A DNA stretch of 64,000 nt from positions 8,275,309 through 8,339,308 of the forward strand of contig CM056607.1 in NCBI GenBank assembly GCA_029721355.1, written 5' to 3'. Made by a program: the position numbers and the translations under genes. Below, piece by piece: positions 1 through 12,306 of the stretch. How positions within the stretch are numbered: position 1 is the stretch's first letter; the number at the start of each line of letters is the position of its first letter. This DNA is from Tegillarca granosa (Eukaryota). The notes under the pieces were generated by a model. That model did no database searches. It saw nothing but the letters and a program-made list of their open reading frames with translations, and was not told the origin of the DNA.

Positions 1-526
1 CATCATTTTTATCTTTTTCTTTTTCTACAATAGTTTCGCTTTTAGGATTGTCTTTTTTATCAAAGTTTTCTGCAAACATGTCCAATGCATCATCATCATC
101 AATGTCTTTGGGAATATTTGATGATATTTCAGTTTTTCCTTCTAACTGTTTTAATTCATATGTTATTTTTTCATAAGTTAATTCATACACTTCCATATCA
201 CCATCCTGAAGTAAACTGTCTGCTAAACCAGTCAGTTTTAACATGTTTTCTTTTTCTTGTATTTTTTGAGGGTCTGTTTCTTGTGTTTTTTGTTTTTTCC
301 ATCTCTGACTTGCTGACTGAGTCTTTCCTCCTTTTCCACCCAGTCTTCGTAATGCTTTTACAATAGATTCACCAGGTTTTAAAAGTGACAACATTTCTTT
401 GTAAATGGATTTTTTGTCTACTTCTTCTTGTTCCTCATCTGAACTTTCTTCCATTTTGTTAGTCTTTGGCTGTTCCTTAATTTTTACCCAATCAATATTG
501 TCCATCCAATTATCCCTAATCTCAGA
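1..526 (-). CDS. CD2BP2: CD2BP2 homolog, coding exon 3 (partial, continues beyond window start). It encodes ...SEIRDNWMDNIDWVKIKEQ...KEMLSLLKPGESIVKALRRLGGKGGK...LDMFAENFDKKDNPK...
   Basis: Minus-strand acceptor tttcag at 527-532. A long open frame runs to position 1. Strong similarity to the human CD2BP2 middle region (IRDSWLDNIDWVKI, LLPRETVAGALRRLG, LDMFAEE), recalled from memory. Confidence 0.8.
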
Positions 527-1009
527 CTGAAAGTAAAACAAAATCAATCAAAAGAATTACTTATTTCTCTACATTTTCACTGTTGCTTGTCTAAATTAAT
601 TGTTGTTTTTTTTTTAATCTATATTCCAGTTAATCATTCTGTAAAGAAATAATCTCAAACAAACACATATTAATATACAAATTCACATTTTTTTAAAATT
701 TAGGTGAATATTTTAATATAAAATTTCAAAACCTTAAAATGTGGAGTCTTGTATTCAAGTACTGGATAAGTTAACATATAGATGAAAGTTACAAATTTTC
801 AAGACATGGTGCTTTACATAAAGTTTAAAAAGGACTTTTGGTTTCTACCAAAAATATTTTAAGATTTACTATGTGACGTCACTGTGACCTAGAATGTGAG
901 TCAATTATTTAAAGTTTGTAAAGAATCATACTTTTATATGTGAAGTTTTAAGCTTCTACACATGTCGTTTCGTGCAAAAATATACATTTAAAGGTATTAC
1001 TCTTTCTAC

Positions 1010-1128
1010 CTTCTTATCAAATATGTACATTCCATCCTTGTCAAAATGTCCTTCTTCCATTTCTTCTTTCATATTGAATGGTGTTATGGATATTCCTTGG
1101 TCATGGTCTATCGTAGCATCTTCTTGTC
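1010..1128 (-). CDS. CD2BP2: CD2BP2 homolog coding exon 2, (G)QEDATIDHDQGISITPFNMKEEMEEGHFDKDGMYIFDKK
   Basis: Acceptor ttttag and donor GTAGAA on the minus strand. 119 nt, phase-consistent with exons 1 and 3. Matches the human ITPFNLQEEMEEGHFDADGNYF motif. Confidence 0.85.
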
Positions 1129-1390
1129 CTAAAACACACCAATATGTGTTATGTTAAAAAGTAATGATATTAGTTTTGATAAACAAGAATACTGAAATTC
1201 ATATGCCATTCTATCATATTTGGGGTAGCAGCCAAACCCCGCAAGAAGGATTTTAAATTTTAAACTTATTTTCTGTCCTAAATGGGATGTTTATTGATGT
1301 TAAACAGTAATGATAAAATACATATGTTGCAACAGTATACAAATTATAACATACTAGTGGTTATAAATCTATTGATTTTCATATAAAAAC

Positions 1391-2869
1391 AAGAGGCCCA
1401 TGGGTCTTAACGCTCACCTGAAGATATTGTCCAATGCAGTTTGCAAAGTGCAATAGGCAATATATTAAGTACAGAAACTTTAAAAGTTTTCTCAAGTTAA
1501 GAAATCTCACAAAACTTAATCAGAAATATATCCACTCACATTTCGTTTATAAGTAGCTTATATAATATGCATGAAGTAATTGTAGTGCAATGAATAATTT
1601 CCAAATCATAAATCAATTACAGTATACTAACGCAGCTATGCCCTTGACCTTTGAACATATATGACCTCTAAATATATATGATTGTCATGTCAATACCTAC
1701 AATATTCTAATATTCATGCCTATACAAAAAGTTAATAATTTTCAAGATATTTAGCAATTTAAGTCTTCTTTTGCGGCTGTGACCTTGACCTTTCAATATA
1801 TGACCTTGAACCATATATCAAAATGATCGTCATGTCAATACCTACAATATTCTAATAAACATGCCTATACAAAAGGTTAATAGTTTTCAAGATAATTAGC
1901 AAATTGTCTTCTTTTGCAGCTGTGACCTTGACCTTTCAACATATGACCTTGAACCATATATCAAAATGATCGTCATGTCAATACCTACAATATTCTAATA
2001 AACATGCCTATAAAAAGGTTAATAGTTTTCAAGATAATTAGCAATTTAAGTCTTCTTTTGCAGCTGTGACCTTGACCTTTCAACATATGACCTTGAACCA
2101 TATATCAAAATGATCGTCATGTCAATACCTACAATATTCTAATATTCATGCCTATACAAAAGGTTAATAGTTTTCAAGATAATTAGCAATTTAAGTCTTC
2201 TTTTGCAGCTGTGACCTTGACCTTCCAACATATGACCTTTAACCATATATCAAAATGATTGTCATGTCAATACCTACAATATTCTAATATACATGCCTAT
2301 ACAAAAGGTTAATAGTTTTCAAGATATTTAGCAATTTAAGTCTTCTTTTGCAGCTGTGACCTTGACCTTTCAACATATGACCTTGAACCATATATCAAAA
2401 TGATCGTCATGTCAATACCTACAATATTCTAATATTCATGCCTATACAAAATGTTAATAGTTTTCAAATATTTAGCAATTTAAGTCTTCTTTTGCAGCTG
2501 TGACCTTGACCTTTCAATATATGACCTTGAACCATATATCAAAATGATCGTCATGTCAATACCTACAATATTCTAATATACATGCCTATACAAAAAGTTA
2601 ATAGTTTTCAAGATATAGTGACAAATATATAATTTTTATCAAATTCCCCACTCAGTGCCTCACAATTTCCCCATTTTGAGTCCCATGGCTACCATTTGTG
2701 CAAATCTGAAAATAGATGACCTAAGGATGTTATAAATGAAATAACTAAGGTATATCTCTTGTAGATTCAGAGGAGAAGATTTTTAAAGTTTTTCACTATT
2801 TCCCCCCTTATGGGGCCCCAAGGGGACATAACTCCTTCATTTCAGCTTTCAGCTCAGGTGAGCTAAAAA
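1391..2869. mobile_element. MITE-like non-autonomous element (copy A) with GCTCACCTGA-type terminal inverted repeats and an internal satellite array. It lies in CD2BP2 intron 1.
   Basis: Left end aagaggcccatgggtcttaacgctcacctgaag (about 1391-1423). Right end cagctcaggtgagctaaaaacc (about 2851-2872). The termini are mutually inverted (core gctcacctga). Both ends are homologous, in inverted orientation, to the ends of the element at 37762-38895. No ORF. Confidence 0.6.
1620..2630. repeat. Satellite-like tandem array, about 143-144-bp unit x ~7, inside MITE copy A
   Basis: gtcatgtcaatacctacaatattctaata recurs at 1681, about 1831, about 1974, about 2118 and onward. Units are >90% identical. Confidence 0.85.
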
Positions 2870-2963
2870 CCTTGTTAAACTAGTGCTATTCAATACCTAA
2901 AGTTTACAGTAGTTAATGCAACTTAATATACATGTATTTTATGAAATATATAAATGCACAGTG

Positions 2964-3004
<41 letters not shown>
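2964..3004. repeat. (TG)n microsatellite
   Basis: Direct reading. Confidence 0.95.
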
Positions 3005-3006
<2 letters not shown>

Positions 3007-3179
3007 AAACAGTACAAAATTAATATTATCATATCATTGCAAGGAATCCAAAATAAACACTACAGAACAAAGAATAAGCATTACAAGGGCCAGTCCCTAT
3101 CAAAGTTATATGAGTAATGTGAAATAATAAATACAATTACGTTTGGCTAAAACCAATACTGCATAATGTTAGGTGTATT

Positions 3180-5043
3180 GTCAACTTGTCCCACCTTCAT
3201 TTTAATAACTTGTCCCAATATTTTTACAAACTCGTCCAACTTTTATTGGCTGCATATTTTTTACTCTAATTTTAATTACCAGCTCTTTCCACTTTCAAAA
3301 CCAACCTGTCATAGTTTTTCCCTACACATTCCACTTTGTAAGGGAAGTTTTAAAATCTTTTGTTTGTTTTTGGAGAATTCTGCTATAGTAATTCTACAAA
3401 TGTTAACAATTACCGGTAAGTATCCTGCTATATGTATCTGAGCATATGTTCTCTGGCATTCTAGGCTCAATAATGTAGGTGCTGCAAGTAAATTCTATAT
3501 TTATATCATCTCATAAACCAAGTTGGTGGTCCTCTGAAGAAATTCCTACAACTATCTTTTTTTTTAAATTAAACATTAAATTAATTGTCGATAATACATG
3601 TTTACCGCTTGGTTTCTTACACAGGAAAACCTGAAACAGCGCGTCTATAGTCAAAATTTCATATGTACTGCCTGAAGCAGATAAAAGGCAAAACAAAGTT
3701 TACTTGAAACAAATAACTATGGAATGTCATTATAAAAAGACGCAAATTCCAACCGAGTGTGTGTGTGCATGTGTGTGCGTGTATGTAAAATTGTGAACAA
3801 TGAATACTTTAAATCAGGAAATTAATGCGAGCAAGAAATTAATGCGAAAAATGTGAGGCCTGTTTTATCGCATTAATTTCTTGTGGCATTTTATTTTCCG
3901 CTTTCTGTATGTTTATGGTAAATTGAGTTATCTCCCTTAACAGGAAGTTGTTATCGTAGCTGATTATTTGGAGCATCTTCTCATTCAGCAGTTATTTTTT
4001 TGCTGTTTATTTCCTACTGGGAATTTTACTACGAGTAGAATCGTGACTGATACATCATTTTGAACCTTAAATGGGACATCAAATTGACAGTATAGTGGTT
4101 ATAAGTAATCTAACATTTTAAACTTGTGAATCGAAGGCAAAGATCAGTTATACACATGCCAACATGGACATCCTTATTTTAATTTTATTTTAATAAAATT
4201 CCCAAGCGTTATATTTGTTTTTGTTTTTTTAAAGACTACGTGTTTCTTTGTTCTGACAATCCTTTACCACCCGGGTTAATTTAACGTGTCATCGGCGCAT
4301 AAAAATGTACCCTCAACACCCTTTGCATATGTTAACTACCGCTTGTTTTAATAATGTCTACCAAAATTTTGTTTATAACGTGTTTATAGATTAAGGAAAA
4401 CATAAGATAAATATTTCTGAGTACATAATTTAATGTTTATAAATTATAATTGTAAGATAAAAGATTGGCAAAATTTTTAAAAATTGCAATTTAAAAAATC
4501 ACATTAATTTCAATACACATTTTACTTCAAAATCAGCAATTCGTATTAATTTCACGATTTACAGTATATCAATACACCAATTATTTAAAAATAAAACATT
4601 TACACACAAAAAATAAATACATTGTATATGTTAGAAAAATAACATGGTACCAATTGGTAGCATAGTGTTTAAACACTAGAAAAACCATACTTAACATTAG
4701 CAGTACAAAATGGTCAAACAAGATGGTACGAACTGGTTATGGTACGAACTGGTCATGGTACAAAATTGTTTTCAATATGGTACGAAATGGATGGTTCAAA
4801 ACGGTTATGGAACGAAATGACTACAAACTGTTATGAACTAACCAGAGGCGTTATAAATATCCAAACAAAATAATGGTGAACTTGCTGCCAGTTCCAAGTT
4901 TGTGTCAGTTATGTGTACGATCAGGTGTTTAGAAAAATTGGGATGAGATAGATAAAAATGTGGGACAAGTTAGTTTTACACAGGAGACAAGTTGGTTTCG
5001 GATATTGGACAAGTTGGTAAAAATAAAATTGGGACGAGTTGAC
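3180..5043. mobile_element. Non-autonomous DNA transposon-like element, about 1.86 kb, with 13-bp TIRs (GTCAACTTGTCCC / GGGACGAGTTGAC) and clustered sub-terminal repeats of the TIR core. It lies in CD2BP2 intron 1.
   Basis: Left sub-terminal aacttgtccca x3 at 3181-3240. Right sub-terminal gggacaagtt-type x4 at 4957-5043, in inverted orientation. Internal short tandem repeats at 4690-4860 (tggtacgaactgg units), a (GT)-rich patch at 3755-3790, a small hairpin at 3822-3880. No long ORF. Confidence 0.55.
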
Positions 5044-5147
5044 TTGTATCAACCTTATTTATTAAAAGGTCTATGTCACTTTACTGCAGTATAAGGTCTG
5101 ATTGCCTCTGTAAATTATCTAGCAAACATACACAGAAAATGTTTCAC

Positions 5148-5298
5148 CTTCTATATCATCATCTTCTAACACATCGTATTGTTCAACATCATCTTCTTCG
5201 TCGCTGTCAAGCGAATGTTTTTCTTTGAAACGGCGAGTCTGATCGCCGCCACCAGTATCACCACTTTCCTGTTGAAATTGCACTTTACGCTTCGACAT
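5148..5298 (-). CDS. CD2BP2: CD2BP2 homolog first coding exon, MSKRKVQFQQESGDTGGGDQTRRFKEKHSLDSDEEDDVEQYDVLEDDDIE(G)
   Basis: ATG is the reverse complement of 5296-5298. Donor GTGAAA below 5148. The N-terminus resembles human MPKRKVTFQ...RFKGKHSLDSDEE. The junction to exon 2 reproduces the conserved EG|QE. Confidence 0.85.
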
Positions 5299-5830
5299 TC
5301 TGTGATCTTAAACTTGATCAAAATAGCTTCTAGAATAGCATATATAAAATGTATGCTTAAAACTCTTGTTAGTTCCTAACTTCCTAAACACTTCAACACA
5401 CGTTTGCTTTGCGAACTCTGGTCGGAAGTTTTAAATTTCGTTTACATAAACGGGTTTCCAAAATGTGCTAACCTTTTATCGGCGCAGTACTAGATTGCCG
5501 AACGGGCACCTGTTTATTGTAAAAATTAGTCAATTTACAGATTAGCAAAAGGTAAACGAACAAAACGAATATGCTAATATTTAAAGTTTTATTCCATTTA
5601 TTCCCTTAAAACTAAAAGAAGAATATTCAGTTAATTAAAGTTTTATCTTTAAAAAAATCAAAATAAATTGTAACATTTAAGTTCAAAATTGTTTAAGTTT
5701 ATTGTATTTTCGTTGTTTCGAACGATCATCTGAAATTTCAATTACATTCAATGGCGACTGTATTTCTTGGTTACCAATGATTGACCTCAATGGATTTTGA
5801 ACTACTTCAGCAAGATGCTGGGTGCGTATG
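5299..5830. promoter_or_regulatory. Putative bidirectional promoter / 5' UTR region between CD2BP2 (minus) and the SANT-BTB gene (plus). The region is locally CpG-containing.
   Basis: It lies immediately upstream of the CD2BP2 start codon. CpG dinucleotides cluster at 5400-5530 and 5700-5760 within an otherwise CpG-poor AT-rich context. A donor-like ctgg|GTGCGT at about 5816-5823 could end a plus-strand non-coding first exon. Confidence 0.3.
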
Positions 5831-8039
5831 ATGAATGCAACCATAATTTAATTCTTTTATACATTTAGTTTCTATGTTGAAGTATTTGTGTTTCGGATAC
5901 CACTTTCATTGTTCAAAACAACAATGCTAGAGAGAAACTCTTGTAGCAATGTACAAAATTAAGATTTTTGCAGACTCTAGTATAGACATATATAGTATGA
6001 ATATATTTTTTTTTGAACGTTCATCATTGATTGCATGTTATGTATTTGTATGTTTATCACCCATGACATATCACTCATCTGAATTCAGACATATGCCATC
6101 AGTACATATGCATGGATCCACAAAGATGTTTGAAAAAAAGTAAAAAGATTTCATATCTGTTACAAAATTTGTGAAAATAGTATTGTATTTACTGCCTTTT
6201 ACAGACAAAGTTTCATTGTTTGCCAACAGAGATTGTCTGATTTACAAAGTCCAAATTCCCTCTCACCCTAACACTCAACAAAAAGTTATTTAAAGAAGAG
6301 CCTGACTTGTAAAATCACAAAACAGCTTTATTATCCACATAACAGATGATCGGAACAGCTTACCAGAAGTGACAGTAAATGCAACATACCTAAATGCTTT
6401 CAAAAACAGTTTGAATAAAGTCTGAAAGTGACACCCAGCGATTTTTTTAAATAAATTTCATTGTAAGGATACACCCATTCATCACCAATACGTCGTTTCG
6501 CAGATCTATGTATTAATTCCTTGCCAATTCGAATTTTAGTATCCACCTGAATCATGTGACCAGCCTCAAATTTAGGGCATAACAAAAATGTCAACAATGA
6601 TTGACCGCATGGTGATAGGAAAAGGTCATAATTTTAACTATTTTACATATATTTTCGAGGTTATACCTGTATCAAATAATTTAATTGCTTTAAATGAATA
6701 GATTAAATGACATCTTAAGATCTAAATTAGAGTTTATAAAGATTTTCTGGATATTTTAGTCGGGAGCAATAACGAGGAGCCACTTTACTAGGGGAAACGT
6801 AAAATAGAATATACATCTTTAACTATCTTTAGACTGCCTGATTTTAATTTTATTTGAATTATTTTATCTTATTACTTATATTAAACGAAATATACAAAAA
6901 TTCATCTTATAAATGATGAAATTCTTGAATTTCGGTCACGCAGATCCACTGTGCAGTCATCACAACTGCAATGTTTCCGACGATTTTTTATTGATTAAAA
7001 TAAATTTATAATGTTTTTTAATCATCTTATGATTGTAAACCTTAAAAGAATCTAAAATGACACTTTTGATGAAATTAATTTTTCAATTTATCACCAAATA
7101 CGAGACCTAGCAGTTCATTGTATATATGTTTATAAACAAGGCAGTAAAAAAGTGTCCTAAATTCAGTTAGTGGTGATGAAAGTCATGTGACACTTCGTCC
7201 GGAACATTGTATCTGAGAAACGCTGTATTGAGTTTACACAATAAATGATAAAACTAAATTTACCTTATTTCATATCACTGATTTTAACTTAATTGGTTTC
7301 TAAATCAATGTCATTAAGTGACAGATGGGCTATAATAAGCATATAGTTCTGTCTTTTTGAATGAAATCATAGGCATCAATGTTTTATCACTTAGCAAAAA
7401 AAGCACCATGATCTGTATCATGTACCAGTATATTTACTTTAAAACCCAATTCTTCAATTGTCTGTATGTTTTGTCTTTGAGTTTTAACATGCGTCTCATT
7501 GCACCAACAATTATAAGCAAGGTGTGTGAAATGCAATTATACCTGTCTTTTTAAATTTTATTTGATCAGCAACAATTTTGGCTGAACTATATAGGCTAAG
7601 TACTACCTAAAAATTTTGGATTTTCTCCAAATTTTTATGGGATACATGAACCATGATAAAATTATGTGTAATTATAACTGTTAAATAATTTACTGCTATA
7701 CCATTTTACACATGTGATTTATAAATGACTAAAGTTGTTAAATTTTATAGCTTCAGTTATTAGTAAATGAAAAAAGTGTGAACTGTCTAAAGGGCTATTT
7801 GACACTTTGTGGCTAACAAATTTCACTTACAAATATCATTATGAAAAACAAGGTTAAATCAAGTGAAGATGAAATTGTAGGTTCGTTTTAGAAAAAATAT
7901 ATAAGATTTGTAATGGGATTTTTTTGGACACTTCTTAAAAGAGGCAAGACTTCCTGGTAATCACTAACTTTTTTATTCCTAACATTGATATACAGTAATC
8001 AAATTGATTACCAGAAAACATAGAATGTCTAATATGTCA

Positions 8040-8140
8040 ATATAATGTAATGCCTTCTCCTCCCCCTTCTCCTCCTCCTCCTCCCCCTCCTCTTCCTCAT
8101 CATCATCATCAGCAGCAGCAGCAGCAACACTACTCAATTA
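8040..8140. repeat. Trinucleotide microsatellite block, (CTC/CCT)n-(CAT)n-(CAG)n
   Basis: Direct reading. Confidence 0.9.
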
Positions 8141-8200
8141 ATTAGCTTTGAAGACTTTATGTAGTGCCTTTTTCAGTTAAATCTATTTATTGGCTGAAAG

Positions 8201-8202
<2 letters not shown>

Positions 8203-8262
<60 letters not shown>
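8203..8262. repeat. (AT)n microsatellite
   Basis: Direct reading. Confidence 0.95.
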
Positions 8263-8268
<6 letters not shown>

Positions 8269-10379
8269 TTTAAGAACAATACAGCAACATTCCGTAAGGA
8301 ATTAAATTAAGCAGTTTATTTCCAATCACACTGAACATTGCTGCCTTGTATACTCTTTCCCTGAATCTAATTAAAACATGATGAAAGTGAAATATGAAAT
8401 GTAAAACTAAGGACATGTTGTAAAACTTTATTAAAACCTGCAACATAATAAATATTTATGACACAGATCTGTGATATTTAATTATTTCCATTTACCCATT
8501 TAAACTGCATGGAACCAGTACATCATTTGCTGTGAATGAAAAGCAGTGAAATTAGTATACATAAGACAAATGGCTAATTCCTTACAAGTTGGTGTCAGAA
8601 GTGAGATACTATAATTCGTACTACCAGGTAATACCAAATAAGTTTACATGAACAATAACAGAATCTAAAATAACAATGAGAGTCATATATTTTCATTTGC
8701 CTTGTGAAATTCCCATAGCTGCAAGCTTGAGAGCCGTTGTAATTATTACTGACAATGAATGTCAAAAAATTTTGTCACTCCGTGTATGAATACATATAAA
8801 ATGCAATACACAATCCGGAACTACATTATCATGGGTAAACAAACATGACTGTCACGTCACGTTTGTTTACATTCGAGACGAGACTGAAAAACACATTTAC
8901 GAGATATTACAAAGTAAAATCAAAGAAATTAATAAAATAATATTTTGATAACATATATAGGCACCTGGCTGATATTCACCGTAATATTGACATTGTGAGA
9001 GACAGAGTGGTGTTTTTGATGGCCTGTTGAAAGAACAGACAACAACAGATCAGTCAAAACCATCAAACCACAAAAATTTTTTGAACAATCGGATCTTTAA
9101 AAAATTCTTCCTACCTTGACAAAGCTGCTATATATATACCCTATTATTTTGAGACAATGTGTAATGGTACAACTTGTCAATCAATTTTGTGTCTCGCGGG
9201 ATGTAAATTTCAAGTGATGTAAATTTCAATTGGAATTAGATTCACGCATGTATGCCACATCCAGTGAAAATTGTCTGTTTCACATGCTGTGTTTGTTGAT
9301 CGGAAAAACTGAAAAATCATCTACATGCTTTTAATCAATTTACAAGGGATACAATAGGAACTCCTCAAAAATACAATATATGGTTTAAGTACTACACAAC
9401 TCCTTGCTAACCTTAAAACGATAATTTTCTAAACTTTGAGAGATATTTGCACCACACCAGGCGTAAAGAATAAGTATACTTCTCACTGCTTTGCTGTCTA
9501 CATTTGAATGATACCGAGTTTGAAACTCGGCACATTATGATAGAGTGAATCTCAACCTAACAATGTCGACATTCCAGAAGAAATCTCTCGGTAAATCCCT
9601 GTCTACTCACATATCACAGATTCGAAACCCACATGCTTGGCCATTGAAAATTATCCCTCAGCTACAGTTCCCCCCTTCCCATTTCAGATTCACAAATTTC
9701 ACTTCCAACATTTAGCCAGCAATCTTTTACTCCAAACTTCTTTGCAAATTGAAATGGGGCCACACAGGTGCACCTGATTTTCGACTGAAATACAAATGTA
9801 TAGTCCACAAATAACAACACATTTATCATTGATATTCAAATTTTATATATATTATTTATATCCAATATTCTAAAAAATTCATTATATTAATGAAAAATGG
9901 AGAAAATACCATCAAAATACCTGATAACACTATAATTGTTCAAACCAAAACTCCCCGTTGTTACCCCACATTAAAAACATTGCGGATTAATAATGTGTCG
10001 TTCTCGGTCTTAAATTCAGCTGTTGCGTCTACTGGACTCTCCCGATGTGCATGTGTTATAGATGAGAATTTTTTTTCTTACAATAAATGAATAATTTTTT
10101 TTAAAAATATTAAACGAAAATATAACAATTGAACTGTTTTAAAATGGTGTTCATTGTTGGTATGAAGGCAACAACTTTGCAAGCAAACGGAATAACGCGC
10201 ACCATTTTAAAACAGTTCAATTGTTAAATAAAAACACAAGTTCAAATTGTATTTAGTGTTAGATCTGTATTTTATGTGTTCTTTGCCACCTTGGGACCAT
10301 ATAAAGCATATACATAATACATTTAACTTCTTTTTTTTTCTGCAGTTACAGAACCTTTTGAGAGGTAAACTATTGTGAC

Positions 10380-10526
10380 ATGTGCAGTGTTGAACCAACA
10401 TCTCGAATGGGTGTGGCCCTTGATTTGATTTTAAAAACTCTGATTGCATCACAAGACTTCAATGAACTTCAAACCAAGAATTGGGATGCCATAGCCAGAC
10501 TTATTCCAGGCACAAGTCCTGGTCAG
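10380..10526 (+). CDS. SANBR: SANT-BTB gene coding exon 1, MCSVEPTSRMGVALDLILKTLIASQDFNELQTKNWDAIARLIPGTSPGQ (start of SANT/Myb-like domain)
   Basis: Acceptor tttctgcag at 10343 and an upstream in-frame TAA mark this as the first in-frame ATG. Donor cag|GTCAGT. It continues in frame into exon 2 to give NWDAIARLIPGTSPGQVARRYEEL, a SANT consensus. Confidence 0.65.
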
Positions 10527-10913
10527 GTCAGTTGAAAATACATGTACATGTAGATTGTTTTAATAATAATATTGCATCTACAGATATAAATTGTATAATT
10601 AATATTTTTCTAGTGAACAGCAGAAGTTAAGAAATTAAAATGAAAATATTGTTACACAAACACAACACAAGAATACTGGTACTTTGAAAATCCAATTTAA
10701 ACCATAGATAATAATTTTTGTTAGAGAGGTACCAGTCTTTTTTTTTTAAAAAAATGAACGAGATGATTGTTTAATATACAAAAGCCAAATCATTCAACAA
10801 AAAACACTGTAGATAATTATTATAAAAAACTATGTAATAGTTAAGGTCTGCAGTTTTATCCACTCTTTTACTATATTACTAAAATGACAACATTGTTTTT
10901 CTTTAATTTTCAG

Positions 10914-11030
10914 GTTGCCAGAAGATATGAAGAATTACTTTTAACTGGAGATGTTTTTGCATTAAATCAGTTTGACAAGAATTTTAATATTCCTGGAAGC
11001 TCGTCTCAAGTCAGTCTAACAGAATCTGAT
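10914..11030 (+). CDS. SANBR: SANT-BTB gene exon 2, VARRYEELLLTGDVFALNQFDKNFNIPGSSSQVSLTESD
   Basis: Anchored to ORF 10884..11099. Acceptor ttttcag. The donor gat|GTCAGT is chosen because it is the only one phase-compatible with exons 3 and 4. Confidence 0.6.
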
Positions 11031-11097
11031 GTCAGTAGTAAAGCTAGCAGTAGTAGACCTGGCTCAGGAAGACAAAAAGGCATGTATCTGATCACAT

Positions 11098-11098
<1 letters not shown>

Positions 11099-11175
<77 letters not shown>
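11099..11175. repeat. (CT)n microsatellite in SANT-BTB intron 2
   Basis: Direct reading. It produces the RERERE ORF artefacts on the minus strand. Confidence 0.95.
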
Positions 11176-11179
<4 letters not shown>

Positions 11180-11247
11180 TGGAATGTTTTTGTGATGCAG
11201 CTTTGATGTACATGTAATAAGTACGGAATTTCTGATTTGTATTTAAG

Positions 11248-11317
11248 GAAGTAAAGATGACAAAGATAATACAGAAGGAAAAGATAAAGCTGGAGGCAAA
11301 AACAACAGTGACCAAGG
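11248..11317 (+). CDS. SANBR: SANT-BTB gene exon 3, EVKMTKIIQKEKIKLEAKTTVTK(V)
   Basis: Acceptor tttaag and donor GTAATT. 70 nt. It gives the 1-nt overhang required by anchored exon 4. Confidence 0.5.
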
Positions 11318-11474
11318 GTAATTATTATCATTTTCTTAATATAATTTTATAGCTAGAAATATAATATTTATTTAAATTTAATTTTTTTCACTTATAATGT
11401 AGTAAGAAAATTTAGACAATATCAATTTAATTTTGCTAAGTTACTGTTCATCACTCCCATCTGTGTCTGACAGT

Positions 11475-11477
<3 letters not shown>

Positions 11478-11520
<43 letters not shown>

Positions 11521-11530
11521 TTATTATCTT
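11478..11530. repeat. (ATT)n microsatellite
   Basis: Direct reading. Confidence 0.9.
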
Positions 11531-12003
11531 TCAGACCTATTATGACCATACATGTGTGTGATGAAGCTAAAAGTTGTGAGTATTGAAGTACATATCTGAT
11601 GTGGGGGTGGGGTGTTAACTTTTTTTCAATTGATGAAGAATGCAAACATGTACTTAAATCAACAGATCATCTTAGAGCATATATAGACCAGTCTGTAAGT
11701 CAGGGCAGAATATGTGTTTAATATCATTTTCATATATTGCCTGCATTGCAGTCATTATGTTTGTTAATATGTGGATAAACTGTAGACAATAGACAGTGTA
11801 GTGTTAGTCTTGCAGACTACATTATTAAGCGTTTTTCTTTTATCTCAATCATCCAACTGATTGGTATTATTAGTGTCATAACAATCATTTGTCAGTTAAA
11901 ACACTTGTTTGTATTGGATTATTAAATTTAGTACAAAATAGATGATAGCTTATTAATTTCATTGTTATTATTATTATTGTTGTTGTTGGTTTTAATCAAT
12001 TAA

Positions 12004-12306
<303 letters not shown>

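Noticed and set aside
85-366. His-rich ORF MHHHHQCLW… on the plus strand
   Set aside because: It is antisense to the well-supported CD2BP2 exon (1-526, minus strand). The HHHH is the reverse reading of the DDDD acidic tract.
11031-11081. Alternative GC-AG donor (aaaaag|GCATGT at about 11080) that would retain the Ser-rich SSKASSSRPGSGRQK segment
   Set aside because: It leaves exon 2 in phase 1, which is incompatible with exon 3 (70 nt) and anchored exon 4. The GTCAGT donor at 11031 gives a fully phase-consistent gene. It remains possible as a minor isoform.
11064-11331. Minus-strand ORFs with (RE)n repeats
   Set aside because: Translation of the (CT)n microsatellite in SANT-BTB intron 2.
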